From contig JASHPK010000048.1 of assembly GCA_030038095.1 (NCBI GenBank), forward strand, positions 13,972-77,971: a DNA stretch of 64,000 nt. Direction: 5' to 3'. This document shows, in pieces, positions 36,311 through 45,206 of this stretch. Source of the stretch: Thermoplasmata archaeon (GTDB taxonomy: Archaea > Thermoplasmatota > Thermoplasmata > Lutacidiplasmatales > UBA184). Position 1 is the first letter of the stretch. Every line of letters starts with the position of its first letter. A program made the translations under genes and the position numbers. The notes below the pieces were generated by a model. The model saw only the letters and a program-made list of their open reading frames with translations, made no database searches and was not told the DNA's origin.

Positions 36311-37879
36311 TCACCGGGAGCGGGGGGGGCCGGGCCGCGCGATAAACCCGATATGGACCCGCCAGACGGGACGCGGCTCGGGCCAGTCCGAGCGAAAGTG
36401 GGCCCCCCGGCTCTCCGTTCGCGTCAGGGCCGCGCGGGCGATCAACGAGGCGGTGAGGGCGGCGTTCGCGATGGGTCCCGGAAGGTCGGACGGCCGGGCC
36501 GGTTCGTACGCGCGCGCGAGCCGCTCGAACGTGTCGACGGCCGACTTGAGGCCCGGGGCCGTACGGACGATGCCGACGTCGTTCCAGAGGGTGTCGCGGA
36601 TCTCGTCGAACGCCCTCGGGTCCTCCGAGCGACCGGACCCGGGTCCCCTCGCGATCCGCACGACGCGGTCCGGAGGAGGGGGACCCCGCGCGACCGGGTG
36701 AAGCAGCTGGCGGGCGACCCGCTCGCCGAAGACGAGCCCCTCGAGGAGCGAGTTGCTCGCGAGGCGGTTCGCCCCGTGGACGCCGGTGGAGGCGACCTCG
36801 CCGCAGGCATAGAGGCCCCGCAGGTTCGTCCGGCCCTCGAGGTCCGTCGTCACGCCCCCGATCATGTAGTGGGCGACCGGCGTCACGGGAATGAGGTCGC
36901 GCGACGGATCGAGCCCGTAGGTCGACAGAAAGCGGCAGATCGAGGGGAACCGGGCAAAGAGCCGATCGCGGGGGATCGCCGTGGCGTCGAGGTACACCGA
37001 AGGATGGCCCGACCGCTGGATCTCCCGGTCGATTGCTCGCGAGACGACGTCCCGGGGCGCGAGCTCGGCGTCCCGGTGGTAGCCGGGCATGAACCGGACC
37101 CCCGAATCGTTCCGCAGCACGGCGCCCTCGCCGCGCAACGCCTCCGAAATTAGGAACCGGGGGGCGCCTTCCCGGTAGAACGCGGTCGGGTGGAACTGGA
37201 TGAACTCCATGTCGGTGAGGAGCGCGCCGGCCCGGAAGGCGATCGCGACGCCTTCGCCGGTGGCGATCGACGGGTTCGAGCTTTGACGATAGAGGCTGCC
37301 GGCGCCGCCCGTGGCGAGGACGACCGGGCGCGACTCGTCGACCTCGAGGCGGTGGCCCTCGTCATCGGTCAGGACCGCGACGGGCCCGTCCTTCCCGCCC
37401 GGGCGGAGCGCCCGAAGGACCGTGCGCTCACGCACGTCGATCCCGAGGTCGATCGCCCGACGCTTGAGCGCCTCCTCGATCGAGTAGCCCGTCGCGTCCC
37501 CCCCGGCGTGGAGGATCCGGGCGCGGGAGTGCGCCCCCTCGCGACCGAGCGAGATCTGGCCCTCGACCGTGTCGAACGGCACTCCGTAGCGGACGAGATC
37601 GGCGATCCGGGCCGGCGCCTCCGACGTGAGCACGCGGGCGGCCGATCGGTCGACGAGGCCGGCGCCCGCCCGGATCGTGTCCCGAAGGTGGAGCGCGGGA
37701 CTGTCGTCGGCGCCGATCGCCGCGGCGATACCGCCCTGGGCGTAGCGGGTATTCGACTCCTCGAGCCGGGACTTGGTGATCAGGGTGGGTCGGAGCCCAT
37801 GCTCCCGACCTCGGAGCGCAACATAGAGCCCGGCGATCCCGCTGCCGATGATGAGAGGCCGCCGGACCGCCTCCGCCAC
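36311..37879 (-). CDS. nadB: L-aspartate oxidase
   Basis: ORF 36311..37879. IIGSGIAGL, YAQGGIAA, LATGGAG, HYMIGGV, RLASNSLLEG, ESRGAHFR. Confidence 0.92.
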   Translation of the reverse strand: MAEAVRRPLIIGSGIAGLYVALRGREHGLRPTLITKSRLEESNTRYAQGGIAAAIGADDSPALHLRDTIRAGAGLVDRSAARVLTSEAPARIADLVRYGVPFDTVEGQISLGREGAHSRARILHAGGDATGYSIEEALKRRAIDLGIDVRERTVLRALRPGGKDGPVAVLTDDEGHRLEVDESRPVVLATGGAGSLYRQSSNPSIATGEGVAIAFRAGALLTDMEFIQFHPTAFYREGAPRFLISEALRGEGAVLRNDSGVRFMPGYHRDAELAPRDVVSRAIDREIQRSGHPSVYLDATAIPRDRLFARFPSICRFLSTYGLDPSRDLIPVTPVAHYMIGGVTTDLEGRTNLRGLYACGEVASTGVHGANRLASNSLLEGLVFGERVARQLLHPVARGPPPPDRVVRIARGPGSGRSEDPRAFDEIRDTLWNDVGIVRTAPGLKSAVDTFERLARAYEPARPSDLPGPIANAALTASLIARAALTRTESRGAHFRSDWPEPRPVWRVHIGFIARPGPPRSR

Positions 37880-37958
37880 AGGGCCGAGAGCGGCGGACCC
37901 AGTATAGCGGCTTCCGTCGCCCCGGTCGCGCTCCTATACTCTCGGGCGTTCGACGGGC

Positions 37959-39326
37959 GTGGCCGCTCGCGCCGGGGAGGGGGAATCGGCCGAGTGGGCC
38001 CGGTTCGTCACCGTCCGAGCCCTCCCCGAGCTCCGAGGAGAACTCCTCGGCCGCCTCGCGCGTACGGGTCCCATGCGGCCGATCGGGGTGACCGACCTCA
38101 TCGCGCTACGGCGCGCGTACTGGCGCGCCACGTCCGCGCCCCTCGAGATCCCCCCTGAACGACGCGGCCGCATCGACCTCGGGAGATGGATCCACCGGCA
38201 TCTCGGAGAGATCCTCGGGCCGGAGACCGCCCTCGAGGTCCGGGTTCGCGGAGCGGGCTGCGTCGGCCGGATCGACGGGCTCACCGAGGTCCCGATCGAG
38301 GTGAAGACCGGCAGCACGATCGTGGAACCGGCCCAGCTCCGGGACGCCCGTCCGGACCAGATCGAGCAGCTGGCCATGTACTGCGCCCTCACCCGGCGGG
38401 TGCCGGGCCGGCTCGTTTCCATCGTTCTCGAGGACCGGGAGGTGCGGACCTGCGACGTCGGCGTGCGCGAGCCAGCCGCCGTCGTGACCGAGATGATCGC
38501 CCGGGGGGAGGCTCTGCGGAGCGCCCTGGGGACTGAAGACCCCGCCCGCCTCCCCCGCTGCCGCTGGTTGGACCGGGGATGCGAGTTCCAGCAGGCCGGT
38601 CGGTGCGATTGCAGCGGGCGGGAGGACGACCCCCCGTCGAGGATCCTCGAGGAGGTCGGACCGATCGTGCCCCGTCCGGACATCGATCGCGAAATCTCCG
38701 AGCGGCTCCATCGGCTCGTGGGCGTCTCGCCGCCTCCGAGCCTGGAGCGGTTCCGGGACCTCCTGTATCCTCGTCGCGCGTACTTCGAGCGCGCATCGCC
38801 CGAGCTCGCGAAGCCGTTCCCGGCGCCCTCGGCTATCGAAGCGCCGGATCTCTACGCTCGGATCGCGGAAGCCGTGGAGTCCGGGCCGCTCGGGGACGTG
38901 GCGCGGCTCCCTCCTCGCGCGCCAGAGCCCGAGGAGGACGTGACCGGGTTCCGAGGAGATCCCCTCCTGCTCCGGACCTCGCGAGCGTGGGACCCGATCG
39001 CTCCGGAGGACCTCGTGCGGCGTGCGCCGCAGTACGCCCTCGAGCTCGGGTACCGGTGCGCGGTCACCGGCCGCCAATCGGGGGTCCTCCTCCTGGGCTA
39101 CGAACGGGCCGAGTCCGATTCGGATCGACTCGAGGCCCTGGAGGTTCGGTTCACCTCGATCACGCCGTTCGCCCGACGTGTCCGGGAGGGTTCTGAGGAG
39201 CTGGCCCGCGCCCTCCTCGAACGGCGCCCGTCGGAGCTTCCGGCGTGCCCCGCCTGGATGGTCGCGGATTGCCCCTACGCCGCGGAGTGCGGTTGCGGGG
39301 CGCCGCCGCCGCGCTCCCAGCGGTAG
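37959..39326 (+). CDS. Hypothetical protein: internally duplicated PD-(D/E)XK (Cas4-like) fold, each half ending in LPxC-x6/7-C-x5/7-C-x-C
   Basis: ORF 37959..39326. First half has GRIDGL, IEVKTG and QLAMY, then LPRCRWLDRGCEFQQAGRCDC. Second half repeats the pattern without the D/ExK residues and ends in LPACPAWMVADCPYAAECGC. ATG 38073 is an alternative start. Confidence 0.65.
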   Translation: MAARAGEGESAEWARFVTVRALPELRGELLGRLARTGPMRPIGVTDLIALRRAYWRATSAPLEIPPERRGRIDLGRWIHRHLGEILGPETALEVRVRGAGCVGRIDGLTEVPIEVKTGSTIVEPAQLRDARPDQIEQLAMYCALTRRVPGRLVSIVLEDREVRTCDVGVREPAAVVTEMIARGEALRSALGTEDPARLPRCRWLDRGCEFQQAGRCDCSGREDDPPSRILEEVGPIVPRPDIDREISERLHRLVGVSPPPSLERFRDLLYPRRAYFERASPELAKPFPAPSAIEAPDLYARIAEAVESGPLGDVARLPPRAPEPEEDVTGFRGDPLLLRTSRAWDPIAPEDLVRRAPQYALELGYRCAVTGRQSGVLLLGYERAESDSDRLEALEVRFTSITPFARRVREGSEELARALLERRPSELPACPAWMVADCPYAAECGCGAPPPRSQR

Positions 39327-40240
39327 ATCGCCGCCCGGGCGGTGACGACGAACCCGGAGCGCTCGTACAGGCGGCGGGCGGGCTCGTTCGAGAGCGTGAC
39401 CCAGAGCCCGGCCCGCTCGTAACCCAGGGCCCACAGCGCCCGGAGTCCCCACCGAAAGAGGAAGCGACCGTACCCTCGGCGCTGGAGCTCGGGATCGACC
39501 ATGAAGTCGAGGAAGACGGCCCGATGCGGACTTCGCTCCGCGGAGAGGATCGCCCCCGCCAGGCGCGGAGGGTCGGACTCGACCAGCGCGGTCGAGGCCT
39601 CGTCGAGGAAGCGGCCCATCTCGCCCCCGAGGAGCGCCACGAGCACGCGTCGGTACTGGGCGATCTCGGGACCGATGAGCAAGGCGTCGACGGTGCCCCG
39701 GAACGCCCGCCAGTCGAGGTCGGCGAGCGCGTCCACCGTGACGGCGCGGATGGGCACCAGTCGGGTCCCCGGGGGGATTCCGGGCGCCGCCTCGCCATCG
39801 GTCGGGACCAGGGCCCGTTCCATGCACGCCCGCTCGATCACCCGCGAGCCGGGACGACGGGCGAGCTCGACCAGGAGCTCGCGCTCGGCTTCCACCCGGA
39901 GTCCCGTGAAGCCGACGTCCGCCGACTGGACCGAGGAGGGGAGTCCCTCGAGGAGCGCGGTGGCGAGCTGCCGGGCCCGCCCGAGCTCGTCGGGTCCGCT
40001 CGGCACGTGGACGTGGGCGAACGCGTCCGGGCCCCGCGCCGTGAAGAAGGCGAGACCGCCGCCTTCCGCCGCCGGGTACGTCCAGCCGGGCTTGCGGCCG
40101 GCCTTGAGGTCCTCGACCGTCTCCTCGATCCAGGCCCCGGTCGGAGCCTCGTCGCGAAGGATCAACTCCTGGCGGACCTGGTGGACGAGCTCGAGGAGCT
40201 CGTCCCGGGGCGCGGACGGGGCCGGCCGCGGAGGCTCCAT
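39275..40240 (-). CDS. GNAT-family N-acetyltransferase (two-domain, mycothiol-synthase-like architecture)
   Basis: ORF 39275..40240. C-terminal GNAT core QRRGYGRFLFRWGLRALWALGYERAGLWV...ARRLYERSGF. Confidence 0.8.
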   Translation of the reverse strand: MEPPRPAPSAPRDELLELVHQVRQELILRDEAPTGAWIEETVEDLKAGRKPGWTYPAAEGGGLAFFTARGPDAFAHVHVPSGPDELGRARQLATALLEGLPSSVQSADVGFTGLRVEAERELLVELARRPGSRVIERACMERALVPTDGEAAPGIPPGTRLVPIRAVTVDALADLDWRAFRGTVDALLIGPEIAQYRRVLVALLGGEMGRFLDEASTALVESDPPRLAGAILSAERSPHRAVFLDFMVDPELQRRGYGRFLFRWGLRALWALGYERAGLWVTLSNEPARRLYERSGFVVTARAAIYRWERGGGAPQPHSAA

Positions 40241-40252
40241 CCGACCTCGCCC

Positions 40253-41128
40253 TCACGCGGGCAGCGCGCGGGGCAGGAGCTGGGCGATGTCGGGAGCGAC
40301 CGACGCCTTCTCCGCTGGATTGCCGAGCGTGTCGGTCGAGTAGATCTCGTCCGTCACCGCCTTGATCCGTTCGAACGCGTCCCGGAGGAACAGGCCGTGG
40401 GTGCAGGCGGCGCTGACCGCGCCGACGCCGTTCTTCCCGAGGAGCTTCGCCGCCTCCACGATGGTGCCGCCGGTGGTGATCACGTCGTCGATCAGGACCA
40501 CGTGCTTCCCCTCGAGCGGCATGGGGAGATCGGACGGCAGCGAGAGCTCGACGTGCTCGCTGTCGATCCGCTTCTTGATCAGGGCGGCCCAGGGCTTCTC
40601 GAGCAGCTGGGCCATCCGTCGCACGCGCTCGATGCCGCCCCGATCGGGCGAGACGAGCAGGTCGACCGGCCGCTCGCGCAACAGGCGGGCGATCGCGGGG
40701 ATCCCGCTCGCCTCGAAGGCGGGTTTCGAGAAGTGCTGGAGCGTCTGCGGGGAGTGCAGATCGACCGTGATCACGGCGTCCGCGTCGAGCTCGATGTGGC
40801 GGGAGAGCGTCCGCGCGCTCACCGGCTCCCCCGGGAAGAAGCGCCGGTCCTGCCGGGCGTACCCGAAGTACGGGACCACGACCGCGGTGCGTCGGGCCCC
40901 GGACTCTCGGACGGCGTCCTCCAGGAGCAGGAGCTCGAGGAGGTCCTGATCGGTCCGGGTGGACTGGACGAGCACGACGTCCTCCCCCTCGAGGCGTCCC
41001 CCGACCCGGACGTACATCTCGCCGTCCGGGAAGCGCTTCGTGAACGGGATGCCGAACGGGGCGTTCCCGAGCTCCCGAGAGATCCGTTCGGCGAGAGCGG
41101 TCGACGCGGTGCCGCCGATCACGTGCAT
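40253..41128 (-). CDS. prs: Ribose-phosphate pyrophosphokinase
   Basis: ORF 40253..41128. FPDGEMYVRV, PYFGYARQDR, VSPDRGG, VVLIDDVITTGGT. Confidence 0.93.
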   Translation of the reverse strand: MHVIGGTASTALAERISRELGNAPFGIPFTKRFPDGEMYVRVGGRLEGEDVVLVQSTRTDQDLLELLLLEDAVRESGARRTAVVVPYFGYARQDRRFFPGEPVSARTLSRHIELDADAVITVDLHSPQTLQHFSKPAFEASGIPAIARLLRERPVDLLVSPDRGGIERVRRMAQLLEKPWAALIKKRIDSEHVELSLPSDLPMPLEGKHVVLIDDVITTGGTIVEAAKLLGKNGVGAVSAACTHGLFLRDAFERIKAVTDEIYSTDTLGNPAEKASVAPDIAQLLPRALPA

Positions 41129-41207
41129 CGAGATCGAGCCCCGCCGGGCCTACCGACCCGGCACTAAAAGGTTGGGGGACGAACGGGCCCGGGACGCGGT
41201 CGAGGGG

Positions 41208-42563
41208 CTACAGGTCGTCGTCGTCTCGGGAGTTCGAGCGCTTCGGCTTCTCGGCGCGCTTCACCCGCGGGGGAGGTCGCCCGCGACGGGAGGACGACCG
41301 GGACCCGGGGCCCGACGCACGGCTCTTGGGGGGGGCTCGATCGATCTCATCCTCTTCGTCCTCGGAGCGGCGCCACGGCTGCAGCGCGCGCAGGAACCGC
41401 GATCCCCGACGCGGGCGTTCCTCCTCGGGCTCCTCCGCGTCGAGCTCCTCCTCCTCTTCCTCGGCCCGACGCCGCGGGTCCTCGATCCCCTCCGCGCGCA
41501 GGGCGTAGTGGATCCCGAAGGCGAGGAGGATGAGGGCCGCGATGGTGAGGCCCATCCATTCCCACGACTGCGACGGCACCATCCCCGAGTTCCCTTCGAG
41601 CCAGAGCTTGATGGCGCCGAACCAGGGGACCATCCCCCGGGCGACGCCGATCACCCACCCCGGCTCGACCAGCTCGCTCAGTGTCGCGATCCCCGCGCCT
41701 CCCTGGTCCGGGAGACCGACGCACGAGCTCGCGGTCGAGCAGTAGAAGTTGTTGTCCCCCATCGTGAGGAACCCGGCGTGATGGCCGAGCGCGTCGTTGG
41801 AGGTGGACAGCGAGATCGAGACGTTCGACGACTTCCAGCCGATCCCAAAGAGGTCGAGCGTCCCGTCGAGGTTGGAGGTCCCGCAGTCCGCCTTCCCCGA
41901 GGCCGACACCGTGCCGGGGGTCGAGAAGACGGCGTTCGGCTCCGACCCGCACGGGATGGAGGCCGGGATCTCGAGATTGTACGTGCCCCACGAGTTGTAG
42001 GAGAGGAAGAGGATCGCCCGATGGATGATCGGGGTCGTGTCCTGGCCGTTCGGGTAGTAGAGCACGACGTCCCCGTACTCCCCGTAGGTCGAGTAGCCGG
42101 TCTGGGTCGCGTTCACGTACGTGACGACGGAGCCCGCCGGGACCTTCTGCGCCAGGACGAGATCCCCCGTGTTGATCAGACCGAGGACGTCGTTCGAGCC
42201 ATGCTGCATGCTGTCCGACTCGACGACGTAGATCGGGGGCCAGTTCTGGGTGTACGCGTACATCCCAACGATGAGGAGTACGATGATGGCGAGGGCCACG
42301 AGGGGCTCGAAGTAGAGGGAATCTCGGGCGCGCCAGTACGTGGGCTTCTTGCGGGGGGGTGCGCCTCCCGCCTCCTCGTCCAGCTCGTCCTCGTCGTCCT
42401 CCGCGCCCTTCGGTCCCTTCCAGCGCCGCACGGGCGTCGTGCCAGTCTTCGGTCGGGCCGGTCGGTGGCCGGTCGAACCCTTGCGACGAGGCCGCGGTTC
42501 TTCCTCGTCGTCCGCGGCGTCGAGGTCGTCGTCATCGGCGGGCGACGAGGAGCGCGGGGCCAT
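41208..42563 (-). CDS. S26 signal peptidase I (archaeal Sec11-like) with inserted Cys-containing domain and long charged N- and C-terminal tails
   Basis: ORF 41208..42566, starting at ATG 42563. VVESDSMQH (Ser), GDLVL, IIHRA (His), MGDNN. Two TM helices. About 85-aa and 100-aa Asp/Glu/Arg/Pro-rich tails. Confidence 0.8.
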   Translation of the reverse strand: MAPRSSSPADDDDLDAADDEEEPRPRRKGSTGHRPARPKTGTTPVRRWKGPKGAEDDEDELDEEAGGAPPRKKPTYWRARDSLYFEPLVALAIIVLLIVGMYAYTQNWPPIYVVESDSMQHGSNDVLGLINTGDLVLAQKVPAGSVVTYVNATQTGYSTYGEYGDVVLYYPNGQDTTPIIHRAILFLSYNSWGTYNLEIPASIPCGSEPNAVFSTPGTVSASGKADCGTSNLDGTLDLFGIGWKSSNVSISLSTSNDALGHHAGFLTMGDNNFYCSTASSCVGLPDQGGAGIATLSELVEPGWVIGVARGMVPWFGAIKLWLEGNSGMVPSQSWEWMGLTIAALILLAFGIHYALRAEGIEDPRRRAEEEEEELDAEEPEEERPRRGSRFLRALQPWRRSEDEEDEIDRAPPKSRASGPGSRSSSRRGRPPPRVKRAEKPKRSNSRDDDDL

Positions 42564-42589
42564 CAAGGGGGCCTTCCCGTACGCCGCCC

Positions 42590-42599
42590 TTAACCCTTC
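42590..42599 (-). promoter_or_regulatory. GAAGGGTTAA promoter element (minus strand) for the signal peptidase gene
   Basis: The TTAA centre lies ~29 nt upstream of ATG 42563. Exact inverted copy of 42669-42678. Confidence 0.4.
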
Positions 42600-42668
42600 G
42601 TGTCGAAGTGTAGGTTGGGGGTGTCGGACCGGTGCGCTACCCCCCCTCGTCCGCGAAGCCCCGCGCCG

Positions 42669-42678
42669 GAAGGGTTAA
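42669..42678 (+). promoter_or_regulatory. GAAGGGTTAA promoter element for the cyclase/formamidase gene
   Basis: Exact inverted copy of 42590-42599, ~42 nt upstream of GTG 42719. Confidence 0.35.
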
Positions 42679-42718
42679 AGCGGCCGGGGCCCCCCCGAGG
42701 CACCGGGGGGTCGGGAGC

Positions 42719-43459
42719 GTGGCGTCCAGGACCTGGGACGTGTCGATGCCCCTCTTCGCGGGGATGCCGGCCTTCCCGGGCGATCCCGCCTTCCTCCTGG
42801 AACCGTCCCATCGGATCGACCGGGGGGACGCCTACAACGTCTCGGCGATCTCGCTCGGCTCGCATGCGGGGACCCACGTCGACCCTCCGAGGCACTTCTT
42901 CTCCGGGGGAGCACCGATCGACGCGATCGACCCGGGACGCCTCAACGGACGCTGCGAGGTGGTCGAGATCCCCCCCGATCGGAAGGCCGTCCGGGCGGAG
43001 GACCTCGCCCTCGTTCCTCCCGGTGCGGAGCGGATCCTCTTTCGGACCGCGAACTCCGCCCGCTGGGCCCGAGCGCTCGAATTCTTCCCCGACTACGTGG
43101 CGCTCGAGGTCGGGGCGGCGGACGAGCTGGTCGCTCGGGGCTCGGTGCGGCTCGTCGGCCTCGATTCGCTGTCGATCGAAGCGGACGCGACCGGCCGGTT
43201 CCCGGTCCACCACGCCCTGCTCGGGGCGGACATCCTGATCCTGGAGGGTCTCCTCCTGAACGCGGTGCCGCCGGGGACGTACGAGCTCGAATGCCTTCCC
43301 CTGCGCGTGCGGGGCGGCGACGGCGGCCCCGCCCGGGCGATCCTGCGGGAACGGCCCGCGGTCGGTCGCCCTCGGGCCCTCAGTCCCGTTCGTCCGGGGG
43401 CAGGAGGTCGGGGATCCCGTCGTCGATCGGGTAGTCGACCTGGCACTTCGCGCAGGTGA
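42719..43459 (+). CDS. Cyclase-family protein (kynurenine/aryl formamidase-like)
   Basis: 3' part of ORF 42632..43459, starting at GTG 42719. WDVSMPLFAGMPAFPGDP, SLGSHAGTHVDPPRHF, VGLDSLSIE, PVHHALL. The last ~25 aa overlap trm112 on the other strand. Confidence 0.8.
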   Translation: MASRTWDVSMPLFAGMPAFPGDPAFLLEPSHRIDRGDAYNVSAISLGSHAGTHVDPPRHFFSGGAPIDAIDPGRLNGRCEVVEIPPDRKAVRAEDLALVPPGAERILFRTANSARWARALEFFPDYVALEVGAADELVARGSVRLVGLDSLSIEADATGRFPVHHALLGADILILEGLLLNAVPPGTYELECLPLRVRGGDGGPARAILRERPAVGRPRALSPVRPGAGGRGSRRRSGSRPGTSRR

Positions 43460-43562
43460 GGGTCCCCGAGAGGATCTCGGCGCCTTCCCGCTTCTTCGCC
43501 TCGAGGGTCAGCTCGCCCCGGCACACGGGGCATCGAAGGATGTCCATCAGATCGGCCCTCAT
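43380..43562 (-). CDS. trm112: Trm112-family zinc-ribbon protein (methyltransferase activator)
   Basis: ORF 43380..43562. LMDILRCPVCRGEL...LTCAKCQVDYPIDDGIPDLL. ATGA overlap with the aIF2-gamma stop. Confidence 0.8.
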   Translation of the reverse strand: MRADLMDILRCPVCRGELTLEAKKREGAEILSGTLTCAKCQVDYPIDDGIPDLLPPDERD

Positions 43563-44794
43563 CGTCCCCCGCCCTCCACGATCCCGTAGCCGATGAGCCG
43601 CCAGGCATTGAGCCTTCTGGAGATCGCGACGCGGCTCCCGGGAAAGACCGTCACCGCCCGGTTCAGCGAGAGCTCGACGTCATCCCCGCGCGCGCTCGTG
43701 ACCTTGCCGCTCGCGATCGTCGTGCCGACGGTCACGGCGAGCAGTTCGCTCGTCCGGATCTTCTCGACCTTGATCTCGCGCTGGGCGCCGAGGACCCGGT
43801 CGAGGAGGGTCGCCTTGAGCCGGATCTTCTGGCTCACCGGGGGTAGGGTCCCCGCGGTGCCGATCAGTCGACCGGTGAGTCCGTCCCCCTTCGCGAGGGC
43901 CGGGTCGAGGGACGTGCCCACCGCGGCGAGCCCCCCCGGCAGGAGCTCGTCCCACTCCTGGCCCCCCGAGATGAGCGAGGTGACCTTCGTGCTGAGCGAC
44001 TCCGCGCGCTCGTTGGGCGCCCCGCTGCGGCCCGGGCGGATCTCGATCTCCTCGCCGACCTTGAGCTTGCCCTGGATCAGCGAACCGCCGAGGACCCCGC
44101 CGCGGAGGTCGCGGGGGCGGGTGCCTGGCCGGTTGATGTCGAACGAGCGCGCGACGTACATGAGGGGAGGCTTCGCGGGGTCCCGCGTCGGGGTCGGGAT
44201 CGTTGCCTCGATGGCGGCGATGAGCGCATCGATGTTCACGCGATGGTTCGCACTGATCGGGACGATGGGAGCGCCGGCGATGGGCGAGCCCTTCAGGAAC
44301 TCGACGATCTCCCGGTAGTTCTCCGAGGCCGCCTCGCTCGAAATGAGGTCGATCTTGTTCTGGGCGACGACGACCTTGCGGACCCCGATGATGTCGAGCG
44401 CGTAGAGATGCTCGCGGGTCTGGGGCTGAGGCACGTGCTCGTTCGCCGCGACGAGCAGGAGGGCCCCGTCCATGATCGCCGCCCCCGAGAGCATCGTCTC
44501 CATGAGGGTCTCGTGGCCCGGCGCATCGACGAACGAGACCGCGCGCAGGAACCTTCCCTCGGCGCCGCAGTTGGGGCACTTCGGCTCGACGGAGTACGCG
44601 GCCGGGAGAGGGCAGTTCGGGCACTGGTAGAACGCCGCGTCGGCGTAACCGAGCTTGATCGAGATGCCGCGCTTGAGCTCCTCGGAGTGACGGTCGGTCC
44701 ACTCGCCCGTGAGCGCCTCGGTGAGGGTCGTCTTCCCGTGGTCGACGTGGCCCACGAGACCGATGTTGACCTCCGGCTGCCGAGGGACCTTCAT
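43559..44794 (-). CDS. eif2g: Translation initiation factor aIF2 gamma subunit
   Basis: ORF 43559..44794. GHVDHGKTTL, Zn knuckle CPNC...CPNC, DAPGH, NKIDL. Confidence 0.95.
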   Translation of the reverse strand: MKVPRQPEVNIGLVGHVDHGKTTLTEALTGEWTDRHSEELKRGISIKLGYADAAFYQCPNCPLPAAYSVEPKCPNCGAEGRFLRAVSFVDAPGHETLMETMLSGAAIMDGALLLVAANEHVPQPQTREHLYALDIIGVRKVVVAQNKIDLISSEAASENYREIVEFLKGSPIAGAPIVPISANHRVNIDALIAAIEATIPTPTRDPAKPPLMYVARSFDINRPGTRPRDLRGGVLGGSLIQGKLKVGEEIEIRPGRSGAPNERAESLSTKVTSLISGGQEWDELLPGGLAAVGTSLDPALAKGDGLTGRLIGTAGTLPPVSQKIRLKATLLDRVLGAQREIKVEKIRTSELLAVTVGTTIASGKVTSARGDDVELSLNRAVTVFPGSRVAISRRLNAWRLIGYGIVEGGGR

Positions 44795-45168
44795 TGAGCG
44801 GCGAAGAGCTCCGCGAGCGGCTTCGGGCCTTTCTGTTCGACGATCAGGTTGATCTGGACGGTGTCCTCGCTGATCGTGTTCCCGCGGAACGTTCGGCGCT
44901 TGCGCATCCCGGCGCGCGGGGCCCCGAACCCGAACCCGTCGCCCACGAAGAGGCGGGTCTGGCGGGCCCCCGGGAGGTCCGGCCGGAGCGGAAACCCGCT
45001 CTTGTCGGTGCCCCCGGTGATTCGGAACGTGTACCCGCCGGCCCCGATCAGCTCCCCGCCGATCGCCTCCCCAATGCGCTTCCCGAGGAAGCCGGCGGCC
45101 TGGGGGTCGCCGACGGTCCGCGCGAGCGACTTCTCGCGTTCGGAGATGACCAGCTTGTACTCGACCAT
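44791..45168 (-). CDS. rps6e: 30S ribosomal protein eS6
   Basis: 3' 378 nt of ORF 44791..46758. MVEYKLVISE...GYTFRITGGTDKSGFPLRPD...GMRKRRTFRGNTIS. ATGA overlap with the aIF2-gamma start. Confidence 0.93.
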   Translation of the reverse strand: MVEYKLVISEREKSLARTVGDPQAAGFLGKRIGEAIGGELIGAGGYTFRITGGTDKSGFPLRPDLPGARQTRLFVGDGFGFGAPRAGMRKRRTFRGNTISEDTVQINLIVEQKGPKPLAELFAAQ

Positions 45169-45206
45169 CGTCTCGAGGAGGGGCGGGCGCGCCAGTTGGA
45201 CTTGGT

